Both the position numbers and the translations under genes were made by a program. Below are positions 63,310 through 64,000 of a stretch of DNA of 64,000 nucleotides, piece by piece; the stretch's first letter is position 1, and each line of letters opens with the position of its first letter. Under the pieces are notes generated by a model that saw only the letters and a list, made by a program, of their open reading frames with translations, was not told the origin of the DNA and did no database searches. The DNA lies in IMG/VR virus record IMGVR_UViG_3300045988_119033. One strand, given 5' to 3'. This DNA is from a virus.

Positions 63310-63799
63310 TTATTTCAATAATCAACCTACCTCTTTCCTTGATCATTCCTCTGCTTTCCATATCCAGTACCTTCTTTACCGCATACTTCCACACAAAAGG
63401 AAATTCTGTTTCAAGTTTATCAAATTCCATCCGGTCAAGATACATGTCGAATACCGTATGCTCCGATTCATGAAGGAAAACTATATTATCCCTGCAAGTA
63501 GCAACCGACTTATATATCCTTTTCGGAAGTATGTGACAGACGTTACATACTGTAGGAAAATGAATAGCTTTACCAGTCATAGACATTCGAATAGTATTCA
63601 ACTCCTCCAACATAAGACGAAAAAACCCGGATAAATCCGGGTTCTCTAACTTTTTCTTCTTGCTGCTGTTTTTAATGGATGTAATTCTGTCTTTTTTCTT
63701 CGGAGTCAACTCTTTGCTCCTGCAAGCCTGGCATAAGCCATGACTTCTTATCATCACTTTTCGTCCACATCTTTTGCAGACGTACAATTTCTTTTCCAC
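63281..63799 (-). CDS. Zinc-ribbon protein (172 aa)
   Basis: CKRCG...CQAC at the N-terminus; CNVCH and HESEH motifs. Confidence 0.4.
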   Translation of the reverse strand: MEKKLYVCKRCGRKVMIRSHGLCQACRSKELTPKKKDRITSIKNSSKKKKLENPDLSGFFRLMLEELNTIRMSMTGKAIHFPTVCNVCHILPKRIYKSVATCRDNIVFLHESEHTVFDMYLDRMEFDKLETEFPFVWKYAVKKVLDMESRGMIKERGRLIIEIIDRYDRRKD

Positions 63800-63984
63800 T
63801 TTTTATACTTCAATACAAGTGATATAATCGAAAAGGATACTGCCGTTAAAGATAACGTATATGGTACGTTCATTAACCATCTTGGCACTTCTTCTGTCTT
63901 GATCACTATCAGCAAAGTAGCACCTGCTACTACCAATAATACAATTGCCATCGCAAGTGCTACACGGGAAACAACATCACTCAT
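63754..63984 (-). CDS. Small membrane protein (76 aa, two TM helices)
   Basis: Hydrophobic helices ALAMAIVLLVVAGATLLIVI and LSLTAVSFSIISLVL. Confidence 0.35.
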   Translation of the reverse strand: MSDVVSRVALAMAIVLLVVAGATLLIVIKTEEVPRWLMNVPYTLSLTAVSFSIISLVLKYKKWKRNCTSAKDVDEK

Positions 63985-64000
63985 CAGTTTTCTTTTCTCC

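Overview
AT-rich window (about 35% GC) that reads as a contiguous fragment of a tailed dsDNA phage genome, most likely infecting a Bacteroidetes host. Several gene starts are preceded by the Bacteroidetes sigma-A -7 box TAnnTTTG. No other window is available, so the major capsid protein, portal and terminase cannot be placed; none is recognisable here.

Positions 58-43712 are a plus-strand virion/structural module. It carries a run of giant ORFs (1624, 817, 943, 1008, 2238, 752 and 2138 aa), a glycine-rich fibre-like protein, and a tail-associated muralytic protein with two lysozyme-like domains. It also carries an Ro60/Rsr orthologue (TROVE + vWA) preceded by an array of tRNA-like, possibly Y-RNA-like, elements. 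At 28991-36108 it contains a roughly 7 kb island of about 20 small, translationally coupled plus-strand genes, including a Q/N-rich protein, an RG-rich protein and a fusion protein with a DUF2829-like domain.

Positions 43771-64000 are a convergently oriented minus-strand early/replication module. Recognisable products are an SF2 helicase, a DnaB-like helicase, a putative primase, one Cas4-like PD-(D/E)xK nuclease and a second weaker nuclease candidate. The module is interrupted by a plus-strand solo tnpB (IS200/IS605-family) element. It also contains an operon encoding a FloT-like flotillin, its NfeD partner, an acyl carrier protein and a small Cys-rich peptide, which is unexpected in a phage.

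I could not identify a virion RNA polymerase motif in the giant ORFs, so a crAss-like assignment is not supported.
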